Below are positions 49,634 to 59,321 of a stretch of DNA of 64,000 nt, piece after piece. The stretch spans positions 131 through 64,130 of the forward strand of contig CAVFEQ010000004.1 in the NCBI GenBank assembly GCA_963621535.1. Direction: 5' to 3'. The DNA comes from Paludibacteraceae bacterium. Its GTDB lineage: Bacteria; Bacillota_I; Bacilli_A; RFN20; CAG-826. Every line of letters starts with the position of its first letter. Position 1 is the stretch's first letter. The notes beneath the pieces were generated by a model. That model was not told where the DNA came from, did no database searches, and was given only the letters and a program-made list of their open reading frames with translations. The translations under genes and the position numbers were made by a program.

Positions 49634-50745
49634 TTTTGCCTATTTCCTTGGTTGTTGCGGCGCGAAGAATGGTATCCCCCATGGTGGGAGTGGTAATGCC
49701 TGTTTTGGTTGTTGTTATTCCCTTGCGGCTTGCCGCTATTCTGCGGACGCCCGTTTTGATTGTTCCCTTTTCCGTGTTGCTTCTGCTTGTCGTTTCTACG
49801 ATCGTTTCTTTGACCGCTGTTTTGCTTATTTTCTTCTGGCTTTTGAATTTGAAGCCCGGGGATATTGAAGTCAGGAAGCTCTTCTTCTTTGACTTTCTCC
49901 TCTTTTTTCTTGTAGGTGCCCGCCATCATCGCTTTGACGTCTTCTAGAGAAAAAACTTTGAAGTTGTCGCGTTTCGCGTTGCTTAGGCGGACGGTCCTGG
50001 AGATGATGTTGAAGCTATCGACATGGTATTCCCCTTCTTCCAAATGGACGATCGTGCCGGGGTGAGGGAAATCCTTCTTTTCGATGTCGTAAGTATCGTT
50101 TTCATAAGCCAAGCAGCAAATGAGCTTGCCACATGGTCCTGAGAGTTTGGAGGTATTGAGGGTCAGCATTTGGTTTTTCGCAAGCGCGATTCCGACTGAC
50201 TGCTGCCAGGTCAAGAAAGTAGAGCAGCATAGCGGAAGCCCGCAGATGCCGATTCCGCCTATTCTTCTTGCCCTTTCGCGCGGGGCAAGCTGGTGAAATT
50301 CGATGCGGGCGTGCAATAGAGGCGGCAGGATTTTCAAAAGCTCGCGGAAATCGACCCGGTATTCCGTAGAGGTATAGGTGATGGTGATGCGCGAACCATC
50401 GAGATTATAGTCCGCGTCCAAAAGGTTCATGGGCAAGCCTAGTTTTTCCACTTCTCTTTGGGTGATTTCCAAAGCTCTGCGGTCTTGCTCAAGATTAAAC
50501 GCGTAATCGTCGAGGTCGGTTTTTGTTGGCTTTCTTAGAATTGGTTTCAATTCCAATTTGGATTTGTAGAGTTCCTGGGCCATCAAGGAGGTCGAAATGG
50601 TGGCCATCTCATATCCGCTTGGGGTTTCGACGACGACCAAATCGCCCCGTTTCAAGTCGGACATATCGGTGGAGAAATAGTAGGATTTCTCGGAGTTTTT
50701 GAATTTAATCCCCACAAAATATGGGTCTTGTTTTATTTCGCTCAT
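49630..50745 (-). CDS. ricT: PSP1-domain protein (YaaT/RicT family) with N/Q/G/R-rich C-terminal extension
   Basis: The PSP1 core and a cysteine cluster (GGIGICGLPLCCSTFL, SGPCGKLICCLAYE) are present. The gene lies between holB and rsmI, as in B. subtilis. The last 85 aa or so are low-complexity. Confidence 0.85.
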   Translation of the reverse strand: MSEIKQDPYFVGIKFKNSEKSYYFSTDMSDLKRGDLVVVETPSGYEMATISTSLMAQELYKSKLELKPILRKPTKTDLDDYAFNLEQDRRALEITQREVEKLGLPMNLLDADYNLDGSRITITYTSTEYRVDFRELLKILPPLLHARIEFHQLAPRERARRIGGIGICGLPLCCSTFLTWQQSVGIALAKNQMLTLNTSKLSGPCGKLICCLAYENDTYDIEKKDFPHPGTIVHLEEGEYHVDSFNIISRTVRLSNAKRDNFKVFSLEDVKAMMAGTYKKKEEKVKEEELPDFNIPGLQIQKPEENKQNSGQRNDRRNDKQKQHGKGNNQNGRPQNSGKPQGNNNNQNRHYHSHHGGYHSSRRNNQGNRQK

Positions 50746-50748
50746 AAA

Positions 50749-51726
50749 TCACTCCTTGTCTAGCTGGTAAAGCATATGGAGGATCAATAAACCTCCATTG
50801 ATATTTGTTTCCGTTTCTTGTCTAAGCTTCATTACGAAGAGAAGCGCGGCGTTCGGGTTTGGATGACGTTCGGCGAACGCTTGGCTCATTTTAGCATAAG
50901 AAGGCATCTTTAATGGCGCGTGAGCTTTGGCAAAGCAGGCATCTTGCAAGAATAGACCTACCATCTCGATGAAGTAACGAAGGGCCGGTCTTTCTTTCAA
51001 CGCCGGAATGACTTCCGTTTCCGCGACATATCTAGCTTCTGATGCGTCGCGGGCTAAAGCTGGAACGATGGCGTCAAAAGCCCCTTTGGCCGCGAGATAG
51101 TTTTTGCTTTTGCTTTCCTCTTCGATCAAGCTTGGATCGTCACAAAAGAAAGACAAAATATCTAGGTCTTGCGGAGATATTGATAAATTAGAGCAAGATT
51201 TAAGGACTTCTTCCCTGGGCAAAAGTCTTAGATGAAGAGTCTGGCAGCGGGAAATAATCGTAGGCAAAACCTTGGATTCGTTTTGCGTGGTCAGGATGGC
51301 ATAGGCCGCTGGATTGGGCTCTTCAAGAAACTTAAGAAGACTGTTCACCGCTTCCGTGGTCATGTTTTCGACGCAATGAATCAGATAAACCATCACGCCT
51401 TTCTTTTCCAAAGGCGTTTGCTCAAAATAATGAATCAGCTCTTGCACCTGATCCTTTTTGATGGACCCTTCCGCCCCGTCATAAAAACGAAAGTCCGGAT
51501 AATCGTTGTTCTCCACCCTCTTACAGGTTTCGCAAACTTCATCAGCCAACGGATTGGGCGCATCACATAAGATTGACTTTGCTAGGTACCGCCCTGCTTG
51601 AACTAGGGGCGTCCCCTTTTCTCCTACTAGGAGATAGGCGTGCGAAAGCTTCCCTGCTTGAAGGGCTTTCGAAAACGTTTCATATAAAACGCTTTGCTTA
51701 TCTTCTAGGTAGGATCTGACGTTCAT
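50749..51726 (-). CDS. holB: DNA polymerase III subunit delta prime
   Basis: The block [12 protein letters not shown], the zinc-module remnant C..CKRV and SRCQTLHL are present. It follows tmk, as in Bacillota. Confidence 0.85.
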   Translation of the reverse strand: MNVRSYLEDKQSVLYETFSKALQAGKLSHAYLLVGEKGTPLVQAGRYLAKSILCDAPNPLADEVCETCKRVENNDYPDFRFYDGAEGSIKKDQVQELIHYFEQTPLEKKGVMVYLIHCVENMTTEAVNSLLKFLEEPNPAAYAILTTQNESKVLPTIISRCQTLHLRLLPREEVLKSCSNLSISPQDLDILSFFCDDPSLIEEESKSKNYLAAKGAFDAIVPALARDASEARYVAETEVIPALKERPALRYFIEMVGLFLQDACFAKAHAPLKMPSYAKMSQAFAERHPNPNAALLFVMKLRQETETNINGGLLILHMLYQLDKE

Positions 51727-52343
51727 AATCTGCTTTTTATCGCTTGGTAGGCGCTTGATACGACGTCCTCTAAGGGCTGAGAAGCATCGATGACGACGTA
51801 GCGGTTTGGGAAGCGCTGGGCTAATGAGGCGAAGGTTGCGCGAACCCCTTCATGAAAGGAGATTTTCTCTAGGTCTAGCCTATTCACTTCTCTGCCTTGG
51901 TTCGCAGCAATGCGGGCAAGCCCCTTTTCGGGTTCTATGTCGAAAAGAATGGTGAGATCGGGCATGGTTCCCTCGGTCGCGTATTCGTTCACTTTGAGAA
52001 TCTCATCAATCCCAAGGCCTCTTGCTCCACCTTGATAGGCCAAAGAGGAATCGAGGAAACGGTCGCAAAGGACGATTTTTCCTTCCTTTAGAGCCGGCCA
52101 GATTTTTTCGACGAGGTGCTGTCTTCTGCTGGCCGCGTAAAGTAAGGCTTCTGTGCGCGGATCCATGTTGGTGTTTTTGCGGTCTAGAATGACGTTGCGG
52201 ATCTCTTCAGAAATCGGCGTTCCTCCAGGCTCGCGCGAAAGGACGGTTTCATATCCTTCCTCAAGAAGCATGGCGTTTATTTTTTTCAAAACGGTGGATT
52301 TGCCTGAACCTTCTCCGCCTTCAAACGTTACGAATAAACTCAT
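51723..52343 (-). CDS. tmk: thymidylate kinase
   Basis: The P-loop [11 protein letters not shown], the DRF motif ([14 protein letters not shown]) and a length of 206 aa support the call. Confidence 0.93.
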   Translation of the reverse strand: MSLFVTFEGGEGSGKSTVLKKINAMLLEEGYETVLSREPGGTPISEEIRNVILDRKNTNMDPRTEALLYAASRRQHLVEKIWPALKEGKIVLCDRFLDSSLAYQGGARGLGIDEILKVNEYATEGTMPDLTILFDIEPEKGLARIAANQGREVNRLDLEKISFHEGVRATFASLAQRFPNRYVVIDASQPLEDVVSSAYQAIKSRL

Positions 52344-52936
52344 AGTTTCGTCCTCCCTTGCAAGGCCCTAGTCAAAGTAAGGCTGTCAGCGTAATCAAGC
52401 GAGGCCCCCATCGGAAGCCCGTAGGCAAGCCTAGAGACTGTCACTTCCTTGTCTTGCAACAGTTTCGCGATGAATAGGGCAGTTGTTTCTCCTTCTAATG
52501 TTGGGCTGGTCGCGATGATGATTTCTTTTATGCCCTCTTTTTCGATGCGCAAGAGCAAATGGTCAACGTCTAGATCTTCCGGGCCAATTCCTTTTGAAGG
52601 GGCGATTACTCCCCCAAGAACGTGATAAACCCCATGGAAATCGTTGAGCTTTTCAAAAGCCAACGCGTCTTTTGGATAGCTTAAGACGATGCAGACTGAG
52701 TGGTCGCGCGTGGAGTCGGCGCAGGTTTCACAGAGCTCTTTCTCGGCATAAAGACCGCAGTTCGGGCACTTGTGGATTTTGCTTTTCGCTTCTTGGATGG
52801 ATTTGGCGAATCTTAAAGCGTCTTCATCGCTCATCTCCAAAACGGAATAAGCCATACGCTCGGCGCTTTTTTTGCCTACGCCTGGCAATCTAGAAAAAGA
52901 ATCCACCAAAGAAAGGTAGGCGGAAAGTTCCTTCAT
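52340..52936 (-). CDS. recR: recombination protein RecR
   Basis: The HhH block [13 protein letters not shown], the zinc finger CPNCG...CETC and a Toprim domain are present. Confidence 0.95.
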   Translation of the reverse strand: MKELSAYLSLVDSFSRLPGVGKKSAERMAYSVLEMSDEDALRFAKSIQEAKSKIHKCPNCGLYAEKELCETCADSTRDHSVCIVLSYPKDALAFEKLNDFHGVYHVLGGVIAPSKGIGPEDLDVDHLLLRIEKEGIKEIIIATSPTLEGETTALFIAKLLQDKEVTVSRLAYGLPMGASLDYADSLTLTRALQGRTKL

Positions 52937-52938
52937 GA

Positions 52939-53238
52939 TTAGAACAGGCCTCTTTGACCAGTGACTTTTTCCTCGATGGCTTCGTTGGCCTTGTCAATCT
53001 GCGAATAGGCATCGTTCAAAGCGAGGACAATGGCTTCTTCAAGCATTTCCTTGTTCTCCGGGTCGAGGGCGTCCTTATCAATGTCGAGGGACTTGATGGA
53101 GCGGTTGCCCATAACGACGGCTTTTACCATGCCGCTTTTCTCAACGGCAAATTCTTTGGTTTCAAGCTCGGCGTGGGCCTTTTGAAGCTCTCTTTGCATC
53201 TTTTGGGCTTGCATGAGCATTTGTTGCATTTGATTCAT
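52939..53238 (-). CDS. ybaB: YbaB/EbfC nucleoid-associated protein
   Basis: 99 aa with QMLMQAQKMQRELQKAHAELE. It lies between dnaX and recR. Confidence 0.9.
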   Translation of the reverse strand: MNQMQQMLMQAQKMQRELQKAHAELETKEFAVEKSGMVKAVVMGNRSIKSLDIDKDALDPENKEMLEEAIVLALNDAYSQIDKANEAIEEKVTGQRGLF

Positions 53239-53257
53239 AGGTATATCTCCTTAATTC

Positions 53258-55045
53258 CTAGCGAGGTAATTTAAGCTCATCATCTTCGAGGCGAGGCAGC
53301 CTTTTGAGCTGGGCGAGGCTGTAGTAATTCATTTGCACGCGGTTTGAGTCGTTGCGGTCTAAGCCATAGACGAATACTTTTCGGCCGAGGATTCGTTCGA
53401 TCAGAGACTCGAGCACTTTTTGGTTTGCTTTGAGGTTCGCGTGATCTTTTAAACGAGTGAAATTGAAATTGATGAGCAATGCGTCTCGGCATAGACAGAA
53501 TGGTCTTGCTTGGGCCAATAAGGTCGCCGCGTCCCCGACTTTTTGGTCTAATTTCAGTTCGTCGAACTTTTCCCAATTCTTGGCAAGCTCTTGGCGTTGG
53601 GTTTTGTATTTTCCCCCAAGAACCATAATTTGAATCATGGTTTCATCTGGCAGAACGATGGCCTCCCCTTCTGAAACGAGGCTCTTTCCAGATTGAAGCT
53701 CGGTGAGGTTCTTGAGCTCGCTTTCGGTTTTGGGTGAAGGAGAAGCGCTTGGCTTTGGATTAAGCGTCTGAGCCGAGGCACTTGGCGCAGGGTTTATTGA
53801 CGGCTGAACTTGAGCGTATTCAGGAGCGGATAGACCTGAGTTCAGGACGTTTGCTTCAACTTGTGCCTGATGATTCGCTGTCGGTTCAACGTTTTGGATA
53901 TCCTGGTGTTCAGGCTCTTTATATTGGGGTTTTGCGGGTTTTTCGGTGGGTTTATCCTCAGCTTCAGCAACAGACATCGAACACATTTCCAAAGAGGTAA
54001 GCTCAAACAAAGATCGCACATTGGAAACGGCCTTTGAATCAATCTGCGTTTTCAGGAGCAAATCGATCATTTTATTGCCTTGGCTAAAGGAGATTTCCTC
54101 GGCCAATCCTTTAACATCGCCTTCTTTGAGAGAGGAGCAAAGATCCGCCCTTTTCGTCCTTTTATAGATAAGCACGTCCTTCAAAGCTTCAAGCAAAGCC
54201 GCGATTAAACGTTTGATGTCGATCCCGCCAGTTAAAAAATCATTGAGTTTTGCAAGGGTTTTTACGACGTCTCCTTGAACGACGGAGTGCAGATATTCCA
54301 CTTTTTCTTTTACGGAGGCCAAACCGAACACGGATAGGACGTCCTCCTCCTTCAACGAAGTTCCCGCAAAGGCTAGAACCTGGTCTAGGATGGAGAGCGC
54401 GTCTCTCATTCCTCCATCTGATAAGTCTACGATAGAAGCGAGCGCACCTTCGTCATAACTGACGCCCTCTTTGCCAAGAATCTCAATGAGCTTGGCTTTC
54501 ATGTCGGCTGGTTCAATTTTTCCGAAGTCGTATCTTTGGCAACGAGAAAGGATGGTCGGCAAGACTTTATGCGGCTCGGTGGTGGCCAAAATGAAAATAA
54601 CGTGGTCGGGCGGTTCCTCTAACGTTTTTAGCAAGGCGTTAAAAGCCCCCTGAGACATCATGTGAACTTCATCGATGATGTAGATTTTGTACCGGCCGCG
54701 GATTGGCGCGTAATTCACTCGTTCGATTAGCTCGCGGACCTGATCGACGCCGTTATTGCTGGCCGCGTCTATTTCCACCACGTCTGGATGGGAACCATTA
54801 TTCAAGGCTTCGCAGTTGGAGCAATGATTGCATTGGTGGCCTAAACCTTCGGAGCAGTTTAACGCTTTAGCAAACAGGCGCGCCATCGTCGTTTTTCCTG
54901 TCCCACGAGGGCCGCAGAACAAATAAGCGTGCGCGATTTTGTCATTTGTGATCGCGTTTTTCAAAGTCCGGACAATTACTTGTTGCCCCGCTACTTCTTC
55001 AAAGCTTTGCGGACGATATTTGTTGTATAAAGCGGTATAAGCCAT
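53258..55045 (-). CDS. dnaX: DNA polymerase III subunit gamma/tau
   Basis: The P-loop GPRGTGKTT, the zinc module C..CNHCSNC, DEVHMMS and SRCQRYDF are present. Confidence 0.93.
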   Translation of the reverse strand: MAYTALYNKYRPQSFEEVAGQQVIVRTLKNAITNDKIAHAYLFCGPRGTGKTTMARLFAKALNCSEGLGHQCNHCSNCEALNNGSHPDVVEIDAASNNGVDQVRELIERVNYAPIRGRYKIYIIDEVHMMSQGAFNALLKTLEEPPDHVIFILATTEPHKVLPTILSRCQRYDFGKIEPADMKAKLIEILGKEGVSYDEGALASIVDLSDGGMRDALSILDQVLAFAGTSLKEEDVLSVFGLASVKEKVEYLHSVVQGDVVKTLAKLNDFLTGGIDIKRLIAALLEALKDVLIYKRTKRADLCSSLKEGDVKGLAEEISFSQGNKMIDLLLKTQIDSKAVSNVRSLFELTSLEMCSMSVAEAEDKPTEKPAKPQYKEPEHQDIQNVEPTANHQAQVEANVLNSGLSAPEYAQVQPSINPAPSASAQTLNPKPSASPSPKTESELKNLTELQSGKSLVSEGEAIVLPDETMIQIMVLGGKYKTQRQELAKNWEKFDELKLDQKVGDAATLLAQARPFCLCRDALLINFNFTRLKDHANLKANQKVLESLIERILGRKVFVYGLDRNDSNRVQMNYYSLAQLKRLPRLEDDELKLPR

Positions 55046-55139
55046 GTCAAAGGGAATTATACCTTCCCCTTTCTCTTCTTCCTAGGTCTAATCAAAGATT
55101 AGGAGAGGCTTCTAAGCCATGCTATAATTTCGGCCGTTT

Positions 55140-56234
55140 ATGGAAGAAAGCATGCGAAAAAGGCTTGAGGCGACTCAAGCTCGATTAACCCAAATTGAAC
55201 AAGAATTAGCGGATGAAAAAGTGGCCGAGGATCTTTCTAAGCTCACCAAGCTCACGAAAGAAAGAGCTTCCCTTGATCCGATCGTTTCTAAGTTTAATGA
55301 ATATCTGAAAAACGAGGAAAATTACAAAGACAGCTTCGCTTTGGAAGAAAGCGGAGATGAGGAGATGATCGAGCTCGCCAAAGAGGAAAGGAAAAGCGCC
55401 TCTGAGGCAATGAAGGACATTGAAGCATCGTTACAACTCCTTCTCGTTCCAAAAGATCCTAACGATGACAAAAACATCATTGTTGAGATTCGTGGCGCGG
55501 TAGGCGGGGATGAAGCAAACCTTTTCGCGGGCGATCTTTTGCACATGTACGCCAAATACGCGGAGAAACAAGGCTGGACTTTGAAACTTTTGGATGCTTC
55601 CCTTGGCGCCGCCGGGGGCTACGCGAACGTTTCCTTCATGATTAAGGGCGATTCCGTGTATTCCAAACTCAAATTTGAAAGCGGCGCCCACCGCGTTCAA
55701 CGCGTTCCTAAGACCGAGTCCCAAGGCAGAATCCACACCTCCACCGCCACCGTGCTTGTGATGCCGGAGGCTGAAGAACTTGATATTCACATCAATCCCT
55801 CCGACCTGAAAATCGATACCTATCATTCACAAGGCGCCGGCGGGCAAAACGTCAACAAAACCGAATCGGCGGTGCGTATCACCCATATCCCAACTGGTCT
55901 TGTCGCCGCTTGCCAAACGGAAAAAGCGCAGCTGCAGAACAAAGAGATCGCCATGCAGATGATTCGCGCCAAAGTTGCCGCTTATTTCCAGGAGAAAGAA
56001 GATTCCAAACGGGCGGAAGAAAGAAAGCTTAAAGTCGGTACGGGGGAACGTTCGGAAAAAATCCGCACGTACAACTATCCTCAAAACCGAGTCACCGATC
56101 ACCGTGTCGGCTTTACCATCAACCAGTTAGACCGCGTGATGGAAGGCGAATTGGATTCCGTGATCGATGCTTTAATTCATTTCGATCAAGAGCAAAAAAT
56201 GATTGAGGAAGGTAAGAAAGAACAAAATGCCTAA
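55140..56234 (+). CDS. prfA: peptide chain release factor 1
   Basis: GGQ (GAGGQNVNK) and the RF1-type tripeptide region RVQRVPKTESQGRIHTS are present. Confidence 0.95.
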   Translation: MEESMRKRLEATQARLTQIEQELADEKVAEDLSKLTKLTKERASLDPIVSKFNEYLKNEENYKDSFALEESGDEEMIELAKEERKSASEAMKDIEASLQLLLVPKDPNDDKNIIVEIRGAVGGDEANLFAGDLLHMYAKYAEKQGWTLKLLDASLGAAGGYANVSFMIKGDSVYSKLKFESGAHRVQRVPKTESQGRIHTSTATVLVMPEAEELDIHINPSDLKIDTYHSQGAGGQNVNKTESAVRITHIPTGLVAACQTEKAQLQNKEIAMQMIRAKVAAYFQEKEDSKRAEERKLKVGTGERSEKIRTYNYPQNRVTDHRVGFTINQLDRVMEGELDSVIDALIHFDQEQKMIEEGKKEQNA

Positions 56235-57072
56235 GATTTTCGAGGTCTACAACAAAGTCCTTCAAGAAGGCAAAGAAGCCGGCGTTCTTTCTAATGACGT
56301 GCGCATTTTAATTGCCCAAGACAATGGCTTCAAAGAGCCAATCGACACTTTGTTTTACCGTGATTCCGAGATGAAAAATCTCGAATTGTTTGAAAAGCAA
56401 TTTAAGCGGCTTTTGCAGGGAGAACCAGTTGAATACATTGCAGAAACCGCCTCTTTTTTAGAGTTTAAACTGCATGTAGATCGCCGGGTTTTGATTCCTA
56501 GAATGGAAACCCAAGAACTCGTCGCCCAGATATCAGAGAAGATCTCGAATTGGTTTGATCCGCGGAATTTTTTGGTATGCGCCGACGTTGGGACTGGCTC
56601 TGGGGCGATTGCCATTGCTCTGAAGTCCTTGTTCCCGAACTGGATTGTGTCTGCTTCCGATATTTCCCTAGACGCCTTGGATGTCGCGAAAGAGAATGCC
56701 AAAAAATACAACTTGCCGATTCGCTTCTATCAAGGCGATTCCTTAGAGCCTTATATTCAAGAAAGAATGAATGTGGACATTCTTGTTTCGAATCCCCCCT
56801 ATATTTTGAATTTCGAGGAAGTGCAGGATTCCGTCAAAGATTTTGAGCCTGGTTCCGCTTTGTGGCTCGATAAGGAAAACTCCGTTTACGAGAAGATTTT
56901 CCGCGATGTCTACAAGGTAAAAAAAGGCGAGATGATGATGTTTTTCGAAATCGGTTACGATTTAGAGGACTATCTTCTATCCCTGATGAACAAGTATCTG
57001 AAAGACTATGAATATTCTTTTGAAAAGGATTTAAATGGTTTGACTAGGTTTTTATTCGTGCATTTGCGTTAA
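56227..57072 (+). CDS. prmC: release-factor glutamine N5-methyltransferase
   Basis: ORF 56203-57072 trimmed to ATG 56227. The SAM motif DVGTGSGAIA and the catalytic NPPY are present. The start overlaps the prfA stop. Confidence 0.88.
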   Translation: MPKIFEVYNKVLQEGKEAGVLSNDVRILIAQDNGFKEPIDTLFYRDSEMKNLELFEKQFKRLLQGEPVEYIAETASFLEFKLHVDRRVLIPRMETQELVAQISEKISNWFDPRNFLVCADVGTGSGAIAIALKSLFPNWIVSASDISLDALDVAKENAKKYNLPIRFYQGDSLEPYIQERMNVDILVSNPPYILNFEEVQDSVKDFEPGSALWLDKENSVYEKIFRDVYKVKKGEMMMFFEIGYDLEDYLLSLMNKYLKDYEYSFEKDLNGLTRFLFVHLR

Positions 57073-57083
57073 GGAGATTTTAT

Positions 57084-58139
57084 ATGGGAAAGGTTTTGTA
57101 TTGGAAAAACGTCGATGAAGCTGCGGAGCTTCTCAAAAAAGGGGAAATTGTTTGCTTCCCCACCGAAACCGTTTATGGCCTCGGCGCGATCTCTTCTTCC
57201 GAGGAAGCGTTCAATAAACTTGTCGCCGTCAAGCGCCGCCCAGCGGATAAGCCTTTCACCTTAATGTGCTCTTCAATTGGCGAAGCCGTTCGTTACTGCG
57301 AATGCGATGTGCGCTCTATCGCGGTCACGAAGAAGTTCTTGCCCGGCGAGGTTACGCTCATCCTCCCGGCGAGGAGAGATTTGCCAAAATGGATTACTTT
57401 AGGCACCCCGTGGATTGGAATTCGCGTTCCTTCCTCCCCCGAGGTTCTTGAGCTGATTGAAAAAGTTGGATGCCCTTTGCTGGTTCCTTCCGCCAATCAT
57501 TCCGGGGAGCAGGCTGCTGCGACATTCGAAGATGCCTATGCGGCATTCAAGGATGAGGTCACCGCCATCGTCAAAGGCAAATGCGAGGCGAAACTCGCTT
57601 CCACAATCGTCAAGCTTGAACCAGGGAAGGGGGTTAGCCTTATCAGACAGGGGCCGGTATCGTTTGAAGATATCAAGAAGGTATACGAAGAAGCTTCGAT
57701 GAATGTCTCACTTGCTTCTGACCATGGGGCGTTTGATCTGAAAAACACCATTCGCCTTTATCTGCAAGGCAAAGGCATCAATGTTTTGGATGAAGGATGC
57801 GATTCTAAAGCCTCCTGCGACTATCCTTTCTTCGCCGCGAAAGCGGCAAAAGACGTCGCGGACGGCCGCGCCGATTTGGGGATTGTTTGCTGCACTTCCG
57901 GAGAAGGCGTTTGCATTGTTGCCAACAAAATCAAAGGCGTCCGCTGCGGCGTTGGATATGATGACGACTGTGCGGCCAAACTCAGGGAACACAATAACGC
58001 CAACCTCATCAGCTTCGGTGCAAAGTATATGAAAACCGAGGACGTGCTGCGCCGCATAGACATCTTTTTATCCGCGACGTTCTCTCCTCTTGAAAAGCAT
58101 CATCGTAGGGTGAACGAAATCATTAAATTGGAAAAATAA
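57084..58139 (+). CDS. tsaC: fusion of L-threonylcarbamoyladenylate synthase (TsaC/YwlC, YrdC domain) and ribose-5-phosphate isomerase B
   Basis: Residues 1-205 are YrdC-like (FPTETVYGLGA, VKRRPADKP, VPSANHSG). Residues 206-351 are RpiB/LacAB-like (MNVSLASDHGAFDLK, GIVCCTSGEGVCIVANK, HNNANLISFG). They form a single continuous ORF. Confidence 0.85.
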   Translation: MGKVLYWKNVDEAAELLKKGEIVCFPTETVYGLGAISSSEEAFNKLVAVKRRPADKPFTLMCSSIGEAVRYCECDVRSIAVTKKFLPGEVTLILPARRDLPKWITLGTPWIGIRVPSSPEVLELIEKVGCPLLVPSANHSGEQAAATFEDAYAAFKDEVTAIVKGKCEAKLASTIVKLEPGKGVSLIRQGPVSFEDIKKVYEEASMNVSLASDHGAFDLKNTIRLYLQGKGINVLDEGCDSKASCDYPFFAAKAAKDVADGRADLGIVCCTSGEGVCIVANKIKGVRCGVGYDDDCAAKLREHNNANLISFGAKYMKTEDVLRRIDIFLSATFSPLEKHHRRVNEIIKLEK

Positions 58140-58140
58140 T

Positions 58141-58155
58141 GAGGCAAAAAGCCTC
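58141..58155 (+). terminator. weak hairpin after tsaC-rpiB
   Basis: GAGGC-AAAAA-GCCTC is followed by a T-rich stretch TCTTCACTTTATTT. The stem is only 5 bp. Confidence 0.25.
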
Positions 58156-58175
58156 TCTTCACTTTATTTAAGGGT

Positions 58176-59321
58176 GTGAGTGCTAGTTTTGTTTGCCCCA
58201 CTTGTGGAAATACTGACCCGAAGTATGTTGGCTTGCTGAATGGCAAGCCTTATTGCCGCAGGTGCATTTCTTTTCGTGGTAAAGAGGCTCGAGTCAGTTT
58301 GCCTCGACCTAGGGAATCCCCTCTTTGCCTTTCTTATTCTTTGTCTGAGGAACAAACTGTCTTAGCCAATAGAGCCATCGAGAATTTCAAGCGCGGGATC
58401 GATACTTTGATCTATGCCGTTTGCGGATCTGGCAAGACGGAAATCAGCTACCCCATCATCCAATACGCGATGGAAAGGGGGCTGAGCGTTGGCTTTGCCT
58501 TACCGCGAAGGGATGTCGTCATTGAGCTTTATGCGCGTTTAAAATCCGCGTTCCCCAAAAATTCAATCGTGGCCGTTTATGGCGGTCATACAGGCGTGCT
58601 TGAAGGCAATTGCATCATTCTGACGACGCATCAGCTTTACCGTTATCCTAATTACTTTGATTTGTTGGTCATGGATGAGATTGACGCCTTTCCTTTCAAA
58701 GGCAACGAAACGCTGCTTGCCCTGTTCCGCCGCTCCTTGCGCGGGCATTGCCTGATGATGTCGGCCACCCCTTCTAAAGCGATCGTGAAGGAGTTCAAAA
58801 GCCCTGGTCATGAGATGCTTACCTTGCATACAAGATTTCATAAGCATCCCATTCCTGTTCCCGTCATCAAAATCACCCATAACCCCGCAAAAGTGGCATT
58901 TTTGATTGCAAAACTAAGGGATTATCGCAAAGAAAACAAGCAATGTTTCGTTTTCGTTCCGACCGTTGGCGACAGCGAGATCTTGTTTTCTTTGATCCGT
59001 TTTTTGGCTCCGGGCGGGAACTATGTTTCATCGAAAAAAGCTGACCGGGCCAAAGTGATTGATGATTTCAAAAAGGGCAGGTATCGCTACTTGATTACGA
59101 CTGCGGTTTTAGAGAGGGGAATAACCGTTAAAAATCTTCAAGTGATTGTCTACGGGGCCGATTCGCCGATCTACGACGCGGCCAGCCTTATACAGATCGC
59201 CGGACGGGCGGGGAGGAAAGCGGATGCGCCAAAAGGGGATGTCTTTTTCGTGGCTGACAAGCCAAATGAAGCAATGGAAAGAGCGATTAAAGAAATCCGT
59301 TACTGCAACACCTTTTTGTAA
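58176..59321 (+). CDS. comFA: ComFA-like DEAD/DEAH helicase (competence protein)
   Basis: GTG start. The N-terminal zinc finger CPTCG...CRRC, Walker A AVCGSGKTE, Walker B VMDEIDAF and the helicase C-terminal block IQIAGRAGR are present. Confidence 0.8.
   Translation: MSASFVCPTCGNTDPKYVGLLNGKPYCRRCISFRGKEARVSLPRPRESPLCLSYSLSEEQTVLANRAIENFKRGIDTLIYAVCGSGKTEISYPIIQYAMERGLSVGFALPRRDVVIELYARLKSAFPKNSIVAVYGGHTGVLEGNCIILTTHQLYRYPNYFDLLVMDEIDAFPFKGNETLLALFRRSLRGHCLMMSATPSKAIVKEFKSPGHEMLTLHTRFHKHPIPVPVIKITHNPAKVAFLIAKLRDYRKENKQCFVFVPTVGDSEILFSLIRFLAPGGNYVSSKKADRAKVIDDFKKGRYRYLITTAVLERGITVKNLQVIVYGADSPIYDAASLIQIAGRAGRKADAPKGDVFFVADKPNEAMERAIKEIRYCNTFL

Noticed and set aside
49522-49947. A 141-aa plus-strand ORF antisense to the PSP1 tail, and the alternative-frame ORF 4763-5173 inside the 12-TM gene.
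   Set aside because: Both are by-products of low-complexity or hydrophobic coding sequence on the real frame. Neither has an RBS or a recognisable motif.
53258-55045. Looked for a programmed -1 frameshift in dnaX (A AAA AAG heptamer, as in E. coli tau/gamma).
   Set aside because: I scanned the plus strand by eye for CTTTTTT across the gene and found only runs of five T. No slippery heptamer was seen.
55046-55139. Looked for the SRP RNA (scr/ffs) that precedes dnaX in B. subtilis-type genomes.
   Set aside because: The 94-nt divergent spacer between dnaX and prfA holds only promoter-like TATAAT boxes on each strand. I found no GGAAG/AGCA domain-IV motif and no extended helix.
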